Below are positions 26,992 to 36,331 of a DNA stretch of 64,000 nucleotides, piece by piece. The stretch lies in the IMG/VR virus record IMGVR_UViG_3300011113_000123, positions 32,001-96,000 of that record; one strand, written 5' to 3'. A program made the translations under genes and the position numbers. This stretch comes from a virus. The notes under the pieces were generated by a model. That model did no database searches, had not been told where the DNA came from, and saw only the letters and a list, made by a program, of their open reading frames with translations. Each line of letters starts with the position of its first letter. Positions within the stretch are counted from its first letter, which is position 1.

Positions 26992-27231
26992 TTGGCAACT
27001 GATACCCGTGAACCTTGGGAACACCTCAAGGGAGTTTCTGTCACTGTTCGCAATAACGATGTGAACGGTGCTCTTCGTGTTTTGAAGAAGAAGATTCAGC
27101 GCGAGAACCTACTGCGTGATCTTGCTGAACATGAACACTATACACAGCCCTCAGTTAAGCGTCGCATGAAGAAGCAAGCTGCTGTTGTTCGTTGGAGGAA
27201 AAAGCAAGCAGAAATTGCTGAATCTCTCTAA
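26992..27231 (+). CDS. rpsU: Ribosomal protein bS21 homolog
   Basis: VTVRNNDVNGALRVLKKK..RE...HY..PSVKRR; TTG start after GGAG. Confidence 0.88.
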   Translation: MATDTREPWEHLKGVSVTVRNNDVNGALRVLKKKIQRENLLRDLAEHEHYTQPSVKRRMKKQAAVVRWRKKQAEIAESL

Positions 27232-27267
27232 TCCGAGCATACATAATAACATTACATTGGAGTAATC

Positions 27268-28131
27268 ATGGCAGCTATTGAAATTTCAGTATCCATCGAA
27301 GAACTACGCAAGAAGAAGATCTTCGTCGCGACACCTATGTACGGTGGTATGTGCGGCGGGCAGTATACCAAGTCCACAGCCGACCTTGCGTCGATGGCCG
27401 CACAGTATGGCATGGACGTTCGCTTTTTCTATCTGTTCAACGAGTCGCTGATTCCGCGAGCACGAAACTACCTTGTGGACGAGTTCCTTCGTTCCGACTG
27501 CACCCATCTTATGTTCATTGACGCTGACATTGGCTTTGATCCCAATGACGTCATCGCTCTTGCTGTCATTGCAGAAGAGGGAACCGATAAGTATATCGTA
27601 TGCGCGCCGTATCCTAAGAAGTGTATCGCTTGGGAAAAGATCAAGCGCGCAGTCGATAAGGGTGTAGCCGACCGCGATCCTAACATCCTCGAGAACTACG
27701 TAGGCGACTACGTGTTCAATCCTAAGTCTGGCGCTTCTTCGATTCCGCTCGATGAGCCAGTCGAGGTGCTGGAAAGCGGCACGGGCTTTATGATGATCCA
27801 GCGATCTGCGTTGGAAAAGTTCCGCGAAGCGTATCCTCAGTACATGTATCTCCCCGATCATGTTCGCACAGAACACTTCGATGGTACGCGCGAAATCCTT
27901 ATGGCTTTCCAAGCTGAGATTGATCCTGCTTCTAAGCGATATCTGTCGGAAGACTATTGGTTCTGTCAGAAGTCCGCAGATGCTGGCATTAAGACTTGGC
28001 TGTGCCCGTGGATGAAGCTCCAGCACATGGGCTCCTATGTGTTCGCTGGTTCGTTGATTGATTTGGCTACGATTGGCGCGTCGGCTACAGCCGATGAAAG
28101 CTCCATGACCAAGCCGAAGAAAAAGAAGTGA
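27268..28131 (+). CDS. GT-A fold glycosyltransferase-like protein
   Basis: IFVATPMYGG, NESLIPRARN, LMFIDADI (DxD), GTGFMMI, LSEDYWFC. Confidence 0.7.
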   Translation: MAAIEISVSIEELRKKKIFVATPMYGGMCGGQYTKSTADLASMAAQYGMDVRFFYLFNESLIPRARNYLVDEFLRSDCTHLMFIDADIGFDPNDVIALAVIAEEGTDKYIVCAPYPKKCIAWEKIKRAVDKGVADRDPNILENYVGDYVFNPKSGASSIPLDEPVEVLESGTGFMMIQRSALEKFREAYPQYMYLPDHVRTEHFDGTREILMAFQAEIDPASKRYLSEDYWFCQKSADAGIKTWLCPWMKLQHMGSYVFAGSLIDLATIGASATADESSMTKPKKKK

Positions 28132-28137
28132 AAAGTC

Positions 28138-28166
28138 TTGACAACCCCACACAATGATGATACAAT
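28138..28166 (+). promoter_or_regulatory. sigma70-type promoter for gp45
   Basis: TTGACA-N17-TACAAT with TG extension. Confidence 0.85.
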
Positions 28167-28184
28167 CAACAGATAGGAGTTTAC

Positions 28185-28850
28185 ATGATGAAGCTATCTA
28201 AAGAAACCACAGAAATCCTCAAGAACTTCGCGGCTATCAATCCTTCTCTCATCTTCGTTCCTGGAACTGTACAGAAGACGATGAGTCCACAGAAGACTGT
28301 GATGGCTAAGGCTAACGTCGCTGAGTCATTCAGTAAGGAGTTTGCTATCTACGATCTTACCCAGTTCATCTCGACTGTTTCTTCGTTCGAAGATCCAGAT
28401 CTCAAGTTGGGTGATGATCGAGTGACGATCACTAATGGTAAGGGGTCGGCTGACATTCGCTATGCTAAGTCTGACCTCATCAAGTCGCCCACGAAGGAAG
28501 TGAATCTTTCTTCTGTCGATATCAGCTATACGATTGAAGCTTCTGCGTTGCAGAGCGCTCTCCGCATGGCTGGCGTGCTTTCTCTTCCTGAGATTGCGCT
28601 CATTGGTCGTGATGGTGTAGCGTATCTCGCTGCTATCGATTCTCGTAACGAAGGATCTAATACCTTCATGTACGAAGTTGGTACGGCTGAAGCCAACTAT
28701 CGTATGATCTTCAAGTCTGAGAATCTCAAGCTCTTGAATCGTGATTACGAAGTTCGTGTTTCTGCTAAGGGTATCTCGCATTTCAAGTCGAAGACTGGAG
28801 ATGTTGAATACTGGATTGTTGCTGAGCAGGGTAGCAAGTACGGCGAGTGA
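28185..28850 (+). CDS. gp45: Sliding clamp
   Basis: MKLSKETTEILKNFAAINPS, FAIYDL..F, YWIVAE. Confidence 0.95.
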   Translation: MMKLSKETTEILKNFAAINPSLIFVPGTVQKTMSPQKTVMAKANVAESFSKEFAIYDLTQFISTVSSFEDPDLKLGDDRVTITNGKGSADIRYAKSDLIKSPTKEVNLSSVDISYTIEASALQSALRMAGVLSLPEIALIGRDGVAYLAAIDSRNEGSNTFMYEVGTAEANYRMIFKSENLKLLNRDYEVRVSAKGISHFKSKTGDVEYWIVAEQGSKYGE

Positions 28851-28854
28851 TATT

Positions 28855-28879
28855 GGGGAGCTACGGCTCCCCTTCCTTT
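28855..28879 (+). terminator. Hairpin with cUACGg loop after gp45
   Basis: GGGGAGC-TACG-GCTCCCC-TTCCTTT. Confidence 0.7.
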
Positions 28880-28898
28880 GTTATGTCGGAGATGTGAT

Positions 28899-29438
28899 AT
28901 GTACATCAGTGATGAGAAACGACTTTTGATATCCGAGATTTTAAAGATTGGTGTCACTAAACCCTTCCATCGAGTTACGCTTCGTATAGTCGTAGATCGA
29001 GAATTTCGATTTGGCCTGAGTATGACCTTTAGGGAAGGAGGTGTTCCTACTTATTCTACGGGTCTGTACGCTATCTATGCGGAGGGTCCTGAATTTGATG
29101 AATGTCTATATGTTGGTGAATCTAGACATTGTGTGAGTCAAAGGATTAGAAAGTTTTTCAAAGAACTAGCAGACTGCAGTCATGAAGATGAAGATCATGC
29201 GGGAGCTAGGAGAGCGAGTGATAATGGCGGATATACTATCGACTCGCACGAGTACAAAGTGAAGTGGGTTTCATGGGAAGAAATTTTTCGCATAGCGAGA
29301 GAAAAGAACATCAACACAGACTTTAGATATCTAGATGAGTTCGTTGCTCATCATCTGAAATCAAAGTACAATTCATCAACGTTTCTACAGTATGGATACA
29401 ATGGTCGTACTCTTGAAGAGTTTCTGGAGATTGCATAA
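28899..29438 (+). CDS. GIY-YIG-like endonuclease (free-standing homing endonuclease candidate)
   Basis: GLYAIY...LYVGES...QRIRKF; interrupts the normally adjacent gp45-gp44. Confidence 0.6.
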   Translation: MYISDEKRLLISEILKIGVTKPFHRVTLRIVVDREFRFGLSMTFREGGVPTYSTGLYAIYAEGPEFDECLYVGESRHCVSQRIRKFFKELADCSHEDEDHAGARRASDNGGYTIDSHEYKVKWVSWEEIFRIAREKNINTDFRYLDEFVAHHLKSKYNSSTFLQYGYNGRTLEEFLEIA

Positions 29439-30376
29439 TGCGTGAAGAATTTCTGTGGGTTGAAAAGTATCGTCCTCGTAAGATTGCAGATTGTATCCTG
29501 CCTGAAGATCTTAAGGCTACGTTCCAGCAGTTTGTGAACAACGGTAACATCCCTAATCTTCTTTTGAGCGGTACGGCTGGCGTTGGCAAGACTACAGTTG
29601 CTCGTGCCATGCTGGAAGAAATCAACGCGGACTACATCGTTATCAACGGATCGATGAATGGTAACATTGACACACTCAGAACGGATATACGTAACTTCGC
29701 TGCGACGGTATCTTTTACTGGAGGTCGTAAGTACGTTATCCTTGACGAGGCAGATTACCTTAACGCAAACTCAACTCAACCAGCTCTACGAAACTTTATG
29801 GAGGAATTCTCATCTAATTGTGGGTTCATCCTCACCTGTAACTTTGTCAATAGGATCATCGACCCACTTCATTCGCGTTGTTCCGTTGTAGAGTTCAAGA
29901 TTGGCGTCAAGGAGAAGGCTGAGCTAGCCAAGCAGTTCCTCGTGCGCGCGTGCGGGATCCTGGATCAGGAGAGCGTTGGCTATGACAAGAAAGTCCTAGC
30001 CGAAGTGATTATGAAGCACTTCCCAGATTGGCGTCGTGTGCTGAATGAGTTGCAGCGATATTCAGTCCGCGGTACTATTGACTCGGGTATCCTTGCGTCG
30101 GTTGACAACGTAGAGATCAAGGAGCTTGTAAAGTATCTGAAGGCTAAAGAGTTTGAGGCTATGCGAAAGTGGGTCAGCCAAAACTCTAGCATGGACGTTA
30201 ATGTGCTGTTCCGTAAGTTGTACGATGCAGCCAGCACGATCATGAAGCCAGAGTCTATTCCGCCGCTCGTTCTTACCCTAGCCGACTATCAGTACAAGGC
30301 TGCGTTCGTGACTGACCAGGAGATCAATTTGGCTGCTTGCATGACCAACATTATGATCGACTGTGAGTTCAAATGA
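29438..30376 (+). CDS. gp44: Clamp loader large subunit
   Basis: LWVEKYRP, GTAGVGKTT, ILDEADYL, PLHSRC. Confidence 0.96.
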   Translation: MREEFLWVEKYRPRKIADCILPEDLKATFQQFVNNGNIPNLLLSGTAGVGKTTVARAMLEEINADYIVINGSMNGNIDTLRTDIRNFAATVSFTGGRKYVILDEADYLNANSTQPALRNFMEEFSSNCGFILTCNFVNRIIDPLHSRCSVVEFKIGVKEKAELAKQFLVRACGILDQESVGYDKKVLAEVIMKHFPDWRRVLNELQRYSVRGTIDSGILASVDNVEIKELVKYLKAKEFEAMRKWVSQNSSMDVNVLFRKLYDAASTIMKPESIPPLVLTLADYQYKAAFVTDQEINLAACMTNIMIDCEFK

Positions 30377-30765
30377 GCAACCCCTTTGTCTATGTTGATA
30401 GTGTATGTTCCACCAAAAAGAACCTCATGCGAGGGACTGCGAACGACGAGCTCGCTGAAAAGGAGTACAAGGCGTATCTAACGAATCGTTCGCTGTCATA
30501 CCACCAGGACGCTATATTCTACGCCAACGAAATGAATAGGCGTCCTCAGCTCGACAATAAGCTGCAATACGAGTTTTTACTAAATAGCCTGCGGAAGCGG
30601 AAAAGATACGCTAAGTGGCAAAAGCAAAAAGCTGATGCTTCCGTTGATATGATCATGGAGTATTTCGGCTACGGTCGCGCAAAGGCAGAACAAGCATTGC
30701 AAGTTTTGACTGATGACCAGTTGACCATGATCGAGAAGGCTCTCGATAAAGGTGGAAAGGTATGA
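30373..30765 (+). CDS. gp62: Clamp loader small subunit
   Basis: NRSLSYHQD..FYANEMN, LQYEFLLN.LRKRKR, EYFGY. Confidence 0.92.
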   Translation: MSNPFVYVDSVCSTKKNLMRGTANDELAEKEYKAYLTNRSLSYHQDAIFYANEMNRRPQLDNKLQYEFLLNSLRKRKRYAKWQKQKADASVDMIMEYFGYGRAKAEQALQVLTDDQLTMIEKALDKGGKV

Positions 30766-31169
30766 ACACATCAGTCGAAAATATGATCGAGGTAAAGCTC
30801 CGATCAGCTGAAGACTTTCTAAAGATCCGTGAAACGCTCACTCGTATTGGCGTAGCATCGCGTCGTGATAAGGTATTGTTCCAGTCATGTCACATCCTGC
30901 ATAAGCAGGGTCGATACTACATCGTTCACTTCAAAGAACTCTTTGCCCTCGATGGCAAGCCCACGAACTTCTCTGACGAAGATAAGGGTCGTCGCAATAC
31001 GATCGCTAATCTGCTCGCCGAATGGGAGCTGATCGATATTGTTGACGCCGAACGCACTAAGGATCCTGTGGCTCCGCTGAATCAAATCAAGATTCTAGCG
31101 CACAAGGAGAAGCACGAATGGAAACTCGAAGCCAAGTACAATATCGGCAAAAAGAAGTCAGGCGACTAA
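30762..31169 (+). CDS. regA: Translational repressor
   Basis: DFLKIRETLTRIGVAS, QSCHILHKQGRYYIVHFKELF. Confidence 0.96.
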   Translation: MNTSVENMIEVKLRSAEDFLKIRETLTRIGVASRRDKVLFQSCHILHKQGRYYIVHFKELFALDGKPTNFSDEDKGRRNTIANLLAEWELIDIVDAERTKDPVAPLNQIKILAHKEKHEWKLEAKYNIGKKKSGD

Positions 31170-31293
31170 GACGTAAGTTCTTCGTCGAATATTCCTGCAA
31201 CTTCCTGAACGCTGTCGCGTTCTTGTCGGTATTGTGCGTTTGGTGCTTCGGTTTGTACCATCAATCATTATAGAGATTTATACGGCACCACCG

Positions 31294-31301
31294 TATAAAT
31301 A
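31294..31301 (+). promoter_or_regulatory. Late promoter TATAAATA for hsp20
   Basis: Exact consensus 53 nt before the start codon. Confidence 0.75.
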
Positions 31302-31305
31302 ACCC

Positions 31306-31357
31306 GTGACGCCTTCGGGGTCACATTACTAACCTTGCTTAACAGGAGGTCTAAATG
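31306..31357 (+). promoter_or_regulatory. ROSE-like RNA thermometer in the hsp20 5-prime UTR
   Basis: cUUCGg hairpin (31306-31324), then ACCUUGCU-UAAC-AGGAGGU pairing the SD with a bulged G. Confidence 0.7.
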
Positions 31358-31819
31358 ACTAAGAATGATTATACCCAAAACACCAATCCTTGGGGTCAGT
31401 TCGATCCATTTTCTGTAGGATTCGACAAGACTTTCAAGCTGCTATCTGCTCATCTCGATGGGATTGGAAAGTCGCTTCCAGGCTACCCGCCATACAATAT
31501 TAAGAAAGTCGACGATAACAAGTATGTCATCGAACTAGCTGTCGCTGGTTTCGCAAAGACTGACCTTGAAGTCGTTCTTGACGGCGGTAAGCTGACAGTC
31601 GCTGGTAAGACTAAAGAAGCCAACGACCTGGATAACGCAAACGCCTATTATTTCTACAAGGGTATCGCAGAGCGCGCATTCACTCGCACGTTCACTCTCG
31701 CCGACTCTGTAGAAATCAAGAACGCCGAAATGATTAACGGTATTCTTAAGATCTGGCTCGAGAACTTGATTCCTGAGCACAAGAAGCCTAAGAAGATCGA
31801 CATCAAGGACGCGGAGTAA
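31355..31819 (+). CDS. Small heat-shock protein (Hsp20/IbpA-like)
   Basis: YPPYNI, IELAVAGF, KGIAERAFTRTF, NGILKI, PEHKKPKKIDI. Confidence 0.95.
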   Translation: MTKNDYTQNTNPWGQFDPFSVGFDKTFKLLSAHLDGIGKSLPGYPPYNIKKVDDNKYVIELAVAGFAKTDLEVVLDGGKLTVAGKTKEANDLDNANAYYFYKGIAERAFTRTFTLADSVEIKNAEMINGILKIWLENLIPEHKKPKKIDIKDAE

Positions 31820-31891
31820 GTCCCCCGTGAGTTCTTGACTATGACGCTGGGTAGCAACCGCTGCCCAGCATTTATCTTTTTAGGAGCAACC

Positions 31892-32041
31892 ATGTTAGAA
31901 CGAGTGTCACAAGCATATCAATACTACAAAACAATCTTCGAACTCGCTCGCTTATCCGACCAGGATCTGGAGCAGTTAGGTTTGTCGAGATCTGAAATCG
32001 TATTCGTTGCATATAAAGCTATTCTGGTGCAACATGATTGA
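31892..32041 (+). CDS. DUF1127 (YjiS-like) small protein
   Basis: AGGAG RBS; KTIFELARLSDQDLEQLGLSRSEI fits the DUF1127 pattern. Confidence 0.7.
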   Translation: MLERVSQAYQYYKTIFELARLSDQDLEQLGLSRSEIVFVAYKAILVQHD

Positions 32042-32124
32042 TTTCATCATCGAAGTTAGAGAACTGATGCGCCAGCTTATGGGAAATAGACCGTACGGCT
32101 AAATAGCTTCCGAAAGGAGGCCTC

Positions 32125-32745
32125 ATGTTAGTTACGCATCAACAACTATGTCAGTTCTTTGAAGATACTGATGAACAATGGCTCGCAGAAGTGTTAGAAC
32201 CGCTCAATGAAGTTCTAGCTTTCTACGAGATCAATACTCCCCAAAGAATCTCCATGTTCCTAGCTCAAGTTGGCCACGAGTCAGCAGGTATGTCGGTCAT
32301 GGAGGAAAATCTAAATTATTCTGCTCAAGGCCTTAATAAGATCTTTCCAAAGTATTTCGCCCGCGCTGGGCGTGACGCGAATGCGTTTGCAAAGAAACCT
32401 GAGCTCATCGCGAACGTAGTGTACGCAAGTCGTATGGGTAATGGTCCTCCTGAATCAGGAGACGGATATCGCTATCGCGGTCGTGGATTCATTCAGCTAA
32501 CAGGTAAGTCTAACTATGCGGCATTCGCAGCTGATATGGAGATGTCGCTGGATGAAGTTGTACCTTGGCTTGAAACAGCAGAAGGCGCATGTTGGTCTGC
32601 TGGTTGGTTCTGGGATTCCCGTGAACTGAACAAGTGGGCCGATAAGGGTGATATTGTAACAGTAACCAAAAAGATCAACGGTGGAACAATCGGTCTGGAA
32701 GATCGTAAGCATCATTATGAAGAAGCTCTACACATTTTTTCATAA
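32125..32745 (+). CDS. Endolysin, glycoside hydrolase family 19
   Basis: FLAQVGHES, EENLNYSA, DGYRYRGRGFIQLTG, TKKINGG..GLEDR. Confidence 0.92.
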   Translation: MLVTHQQLCQFFEDTDEQWLAEVLEPLNEVLAFYEINTPQRISMFLAQVGHESAGMSVMEENLNYSAQGLNKIFPKYFARAGRDANAFAKKPELIANVVYASRMGNGPPESGDGYRYRGRGFIQLTGKSNYAAFAADMEMSLDEVVPWLETAEGACWSAGWFWDSRELNKWADKGDIVTVTKKINGGTIGLEDRKHHYEEALHIFS

Positions 32746-32754
32746 GGAGTTACG

Positions 32755-33228
32755 ATGCCTAGATTCGGTAATCCTGATCCAAACGAGGAACCAGTAAAAC
32801 CACCAGTAGCAATGGATCAGCTAGATCCAGCCACAAAAGGCGCGGCTGCTAGACCAGAGTTCAGTTCGAGACCATCGTTCTCTGCTCCTGCGCCTGCAGT
32901 TCCGCAACTATCAGAAGCAGCTCAGCTTGCCACTATTGAACTAGAAAAGCAGAAGTGGGAAGCGGAAAATAACAAGCAGAATGAAGATTGGATGGTCAAG
33001 AAGTGGCGACCCGCAATGGGTTGGTGCTATATGGTTATCTGCGTGCTCGACATGGCTATCTTTCCTATCATGTGGTCAGTCGCGCAGGTTATGGTTAAGA
33101 TGCCGCTTACTCAATGGAATCCTCTAACGCTACAAGGCGCTGGTCTATTCCATCTAGCAATGGGAGCCGTCCTTGGTATCGCCGCATGGTCCCGCGGCCA
33201 AGAAAAGATACAAGGTGTTGCAAAGTAA
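32755..33228 (+). CDS. Holin-like membrane protein
   Basis: KKWRPAMGW motif, hydrophobic segments, SRGQEK; next to the endolysin. Confidence 0.75.
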   Translation: MPRFGNPDPNEEPVKPPVAMDQLDPATKGAAARPEFSSRPSFSAPAPAVPQLSEAAQLATIELEKQKWEAENNKQNEDWMVKKWRPAMGWCYMVICVLDMAIFPIMWSVAQVMVKMPLTQWNPLTLQGAGLFHLAMGAVLGIAAWSRGQEKIQGVAK

Positions 33229-33237
33229 GGAAATGAT

Positions 33238-33585
33238 ATGAACGTGAATCCTGTGAATGTAAATGAAGTGCAGAATGCTCAGTTGTCAGTCGTAATGCTT
33301 CGTCTATTGAATGGCGATGAGATTGTAGGTAAGGTTGGAGCAGTAGGTAACATGATCAAAGTCGTGAAGCCTGCTGCTGTCATGATTCAACCAACGGCTA
33401 CTGGTAAAGCAAGCATGGCGTTGGTTGACTTCATCCCTATGGCTAAGAACAAAGAAATCTTTCTCGATCCTCGCAACGTTCTTTTCACATACGAGCCCGA
33501 CGATCAGATCGAAGCTGCTTATCAGCAGAACTTCGGTTCGGGATTAGTGCTACCTAAGAAAGGGATCTTGACAACTGCGTCGTAA
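33238..33585 (+). CDS. Conserved hypothetical protein (Sm-like fold likely)
   Basis: LRLLNGDEIVG...YQQNFGSGLVLP; precedes gp43. Confidence 0.65.
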   Translation: MNVNPVNVNEVQNAQLSVVMLRLLNGDEIVGKVGAVGNMIKVVKPAAVMIQPTATGKASMALVDFIPMAKNKEIFLDPRNVLFTYEPDDQIEAAYQQNFGSGLVLPKKGILTTAS

Positions 33586-33596
33586 CGTGATAGAGT
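33568..33596 (+). promoter_or_regulatory. sigma70-type promoter for gp43
   Basis: TTGACA-N17-TAGAGT with TG extension. Confidence 0.7.
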
Positions 33597-33602
33597 ATCA
33601 CT

Positions 33603-36122
33603 ATGACGAAATTCTACACGAATGCAATTGAGTACGGTAACAACATCCTCGTCCGCGGTTACGATCGCGGGCGCCCTTTCAATGAAAAGATTCCCTACAA
33701 ACCAACTCTGTTCCTACCGTCCAAGCGCAAGGATCTTGCGACGTGGAAAGACATCGTGGGTAACACGCTTGATCCTATGCCATTTGACTCTATGCGCGAT
33801 GCTAAGGATTTCATCAAGCGATACGAGGACGTCAGCAACTTCAAGCTGTATGGTATGCCTCGCTTTCTGTATGCGTATCTGAACGAAGAGTATCCTAACG
33901 AAATCGCATACGACCAAGATCTAATCAAGGTTGCGTATATCGACATCGAGGTTAGCTCAGAGTTTGGCTTTCCTACGGTTGAGCGCGCGTCTGATACTGT
34001 TACGGCTATCACGCTCAAGAAAGACGGCGTCTTCCATGTGTGGGGATACGGCGACTTCAGGCCCAATCGCAACGACGTTCAGTATTACCAATGCAACAAC
34101 GAAAAGGAACTGCTACTCAAGTTCCTCAGTGAGTGGAGCTTAGATTATCCTGATCTCGTGACTGGCTGGAACGTCACGTTCTTCGATATTCCTTATCTCG
34201 TTCGTCGTATGAGCGCGGTGCTTGGTGAAAACGAAGCAAAACGCTTTTCGCCATGGCGCATCTTTAAGGAACGTCGTGTTCGTACGAAGTTTGGTAAAGA
34301 AGAATCCGTCTACAACATCGCTGGCGTTGCTACTCTCGACTATCTCGAGATGTATCAGAAGTTCACTTATACTCAGCAAGAAAGCTACAAGCTCGATCAC
34401 ATCGCGTTCGTTGAACTCGGTGAGCGCAAGCTATCGTACGACGAATACGAAACGTTGCATGAGTTCTATATGAATGACTTCCAGCGATTCATCGAGTATA
34501 ACATTCGAGACGTTGAGCTCGTCGAAAAGCTCGACGATAAGATGAAGCTCATATCCATGGCTCTCGCGCTAGCGTACGACGCGAAGGTGACTTTGCTTGA
34601 TGTGTTCACACAAGTTCGTATGTGGGACGTTATCATTCACAATCACCTGTACAAGCAAGGTATCGCTGTACCTATCGAAGGTGGCGGATCTAAAGACGAA
34701 GCGTATGTTGGCGCGTTCGTCAAAGAACCTAAGCCTGGTGGATATGACTGGGTTATGTCATTCGACTTGAACTCTCTGTATCCGCATCTTATCATGCAGT
34801 ACAACATCTCTCCCGAAACGTTGCTGCGTGATGGTCGCAATCGCGCAGTGAAGATTGATGTAACAGTGGATGAACTGCTCGATGGTCATATCCCTGAAGT
34901 TCCAGAAGGATATGGTCTAGCTGCGAACGGCTGTTTCTTCAGCAAAGCGCGTCAGGGTTTCTTGCCTGAGATCATGGAGCGTATGTACAACGATCGTGTC
35001 GTCTACAAAGATAAGATGATCGCTGCTCAGAAAGATTATGAAAAGACTAAGTCTAAGCAAGCATCCAAGGATATCTCTCGATACAAAAACATGCAGCTCG
35101 CTAAGAAGGTTCAGTTGAACTCAGCTTACGGCGCGATTGGTAATCCTCACTTCCGTTTCTTCGATATCAATCAAGCGACGGCTATTACTCTTGGTGGTCA
35201 GCTATCTATCCGCTGGGCTGAAAACGAAATCAATAAGTATCTTAATAAGCTCCTAAAGACTAAGGATACGGACTATGTCATTGCTTCCGATACGGATTCG
35301 TTGTATATCAGTTTTGATAGACTTGTACAAGTGGTCTTTGAAGGTCGAGGATCGCAGCAAAGTGATCCTACAGCACAGAAGCAGAAAATCGTTGACTTTC
35401 TGGACAAGGTGGCTCGTGAAAAGATTGAACCTGTTATTGATGGGATTTATTCGGATCTTGCTGTTCGGATGGAAGCATTCTCGCAAAAAATGAACATGAA
35501 GCGTGAGGTTATCGCTGATCGTGGTATCTGGACTGCGAAGAAGCGATACATCCTCAACGTTCATGACTCTGAAGGTGTGCGATACGCCAAACCCAAACTA
35601 AAGATCATGGGCATCGAAGCTGTTAAGTCGTCGACTCCTGCTGTGTGTCGTCAGGCAATTATCGATGCGCTGAACATCATCATGTCTAAAGAAGAAGAGG
35701 ACTTGCATAAGTTCATCGCTGACTTCAAGTCTAAGTTCTACAAGCTGAGCTTCGAGGAAGTTGCGTTTCCGCGTTCCGTACAAGATCTAACTAAATACGC
35801 AAAGGAAACTAAGAGCATTCCTATCCACGTTCGTGGCGCGTTGCTCTATAACAATCTAGTCAAGAAGCTTAGTCTACAGAAAAAGTACGAGCTTATCAAG
35901 GATGGCGAAAAGATTCGCTTCTCATACTTGAAGATGCCTAATCCTGCTCGCGACAACGTGATTTGTGCGTTTTCATCTTTACCGTCAGAGTTCGACCTTG
36001 AAGAGTATATCGATTATGATATGCAGTTCGAGAAAGCGTTTATGGCTCCTCTCAACTCTATCCTTGAAGTGATTGACTGGCACTCTGAGAAGCGAAGCTC
36101 ATTGGAGGACTTCTTTTCATGA
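33603..36122 (+). CDS. gp43: Family B DNA polymerase
   Basis: DIEV exo I, SFDLNSLYPH, KVQLNSAYG, ASDTDS, KKRY. Confidence 0.98.
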   Translation: MTKFYTNAIEYGNNILVRGYDRGRPFNEKIPYKPTLFLPSKRKDLATWKDIVGNTLDPMPFDSMRDAKDFIKRYEDVSNFKLYGMPRFLYAYLNEEYPNEIAYDQDLIKVAYIDIEVSSEFGFPTVERASDTVTAITLKKDGVFHVWGYGDFRPNRNDVQYYQCNNEKELLLKFLSEWSLDYPDLVTGWNVTFFDIPYLVRRMSAVLGENEAKRFSPWRIFKERRVRTKFGKEESVYNIAGVATLDYLEMYQKFTYTQQESYKLDHIAFVELGERKLSYDEYETLHEFYMNDFQRFIEYNIRDVELVEKLDDKMKLISMALALAYDAKVTLLDVFTQVRMWDVIIHNHLYKQGIAVPIEGGGSKDEAYVGAFVKEPKPGGYDWVMSFDLNSLYPHLIMQYNISPETLLRDGRNRAVKIDVTVDELLDGHIPEVPEGYGLAANGCFFSKARQGFLPEIMERMYNDRVVYKDKMIAAQKDYEKTKSKQASKDISRYKNMQLAKKVQLNSAYGAIGNPHFRFFDINQATAITLGGQLSIRWAENEINKYLNKLLKTKDTDYVIASDTDSLYISFDRLVQVVFEGRGSQQSDPTAQKQKIVDFLDKVAREKIEPVIDGIYSDLAVRMEAFSQKMNMKREVIADRGIWTAKKRYILNVHDSEGVRYAKPKLKIMGIEAVKSSTPAVCRQAIIDALNIIMSKEEEDLHKFIADFKSKFYKLSFEEVAFPRSVQDLTKYAKETKSIPIHVRGALLYNNLVKKLSLQKKYELIKDGEKIRFSYLKMPNPARDNVICAFSSLPSEFDLEEYIDYDMQFEKAFMAPLNSILEVIDWHSEKRSSLEDFFS

Positions 36123-36331
36123 AGAAAAAGACTAAGAAACCCGCAAGGAAACCAACTCGCAACGATCTAGATAAGATGTCGTATGAAAAGCGAGAACGAG
36201 TAAGAAAACAGCTAAGAAAAGGGGCTGTATATACAAGAGCGTTCAAGACACCACAATCATTCGGTGCAGCCAGTCCAGTTAGACATGTTCCGATTGAAGA
36301 GTATTTGAAAGAAATCAAGAGTGATTCGTGA
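36119..36331 (+). CDS. Small basic hypothetical protein
   Basis: ATGA overlap with gp43; GGAGG RBS. Confidence 0.55.
   Translation: MKKKTKKPARKPTRNDLDKMSYEKRERVRKQLRKGAVYTRAFKTPQSFGAASPVRHVPIEEYLKEIKSDS

Noticed and set aside
33603-36122. Inteins or introns in gp43 (also checked gp41, gp46, nrdJ, gp20)
   Set aside because: Lengths are ordinary, frames are uninterrupted and no splicing motifs were seen
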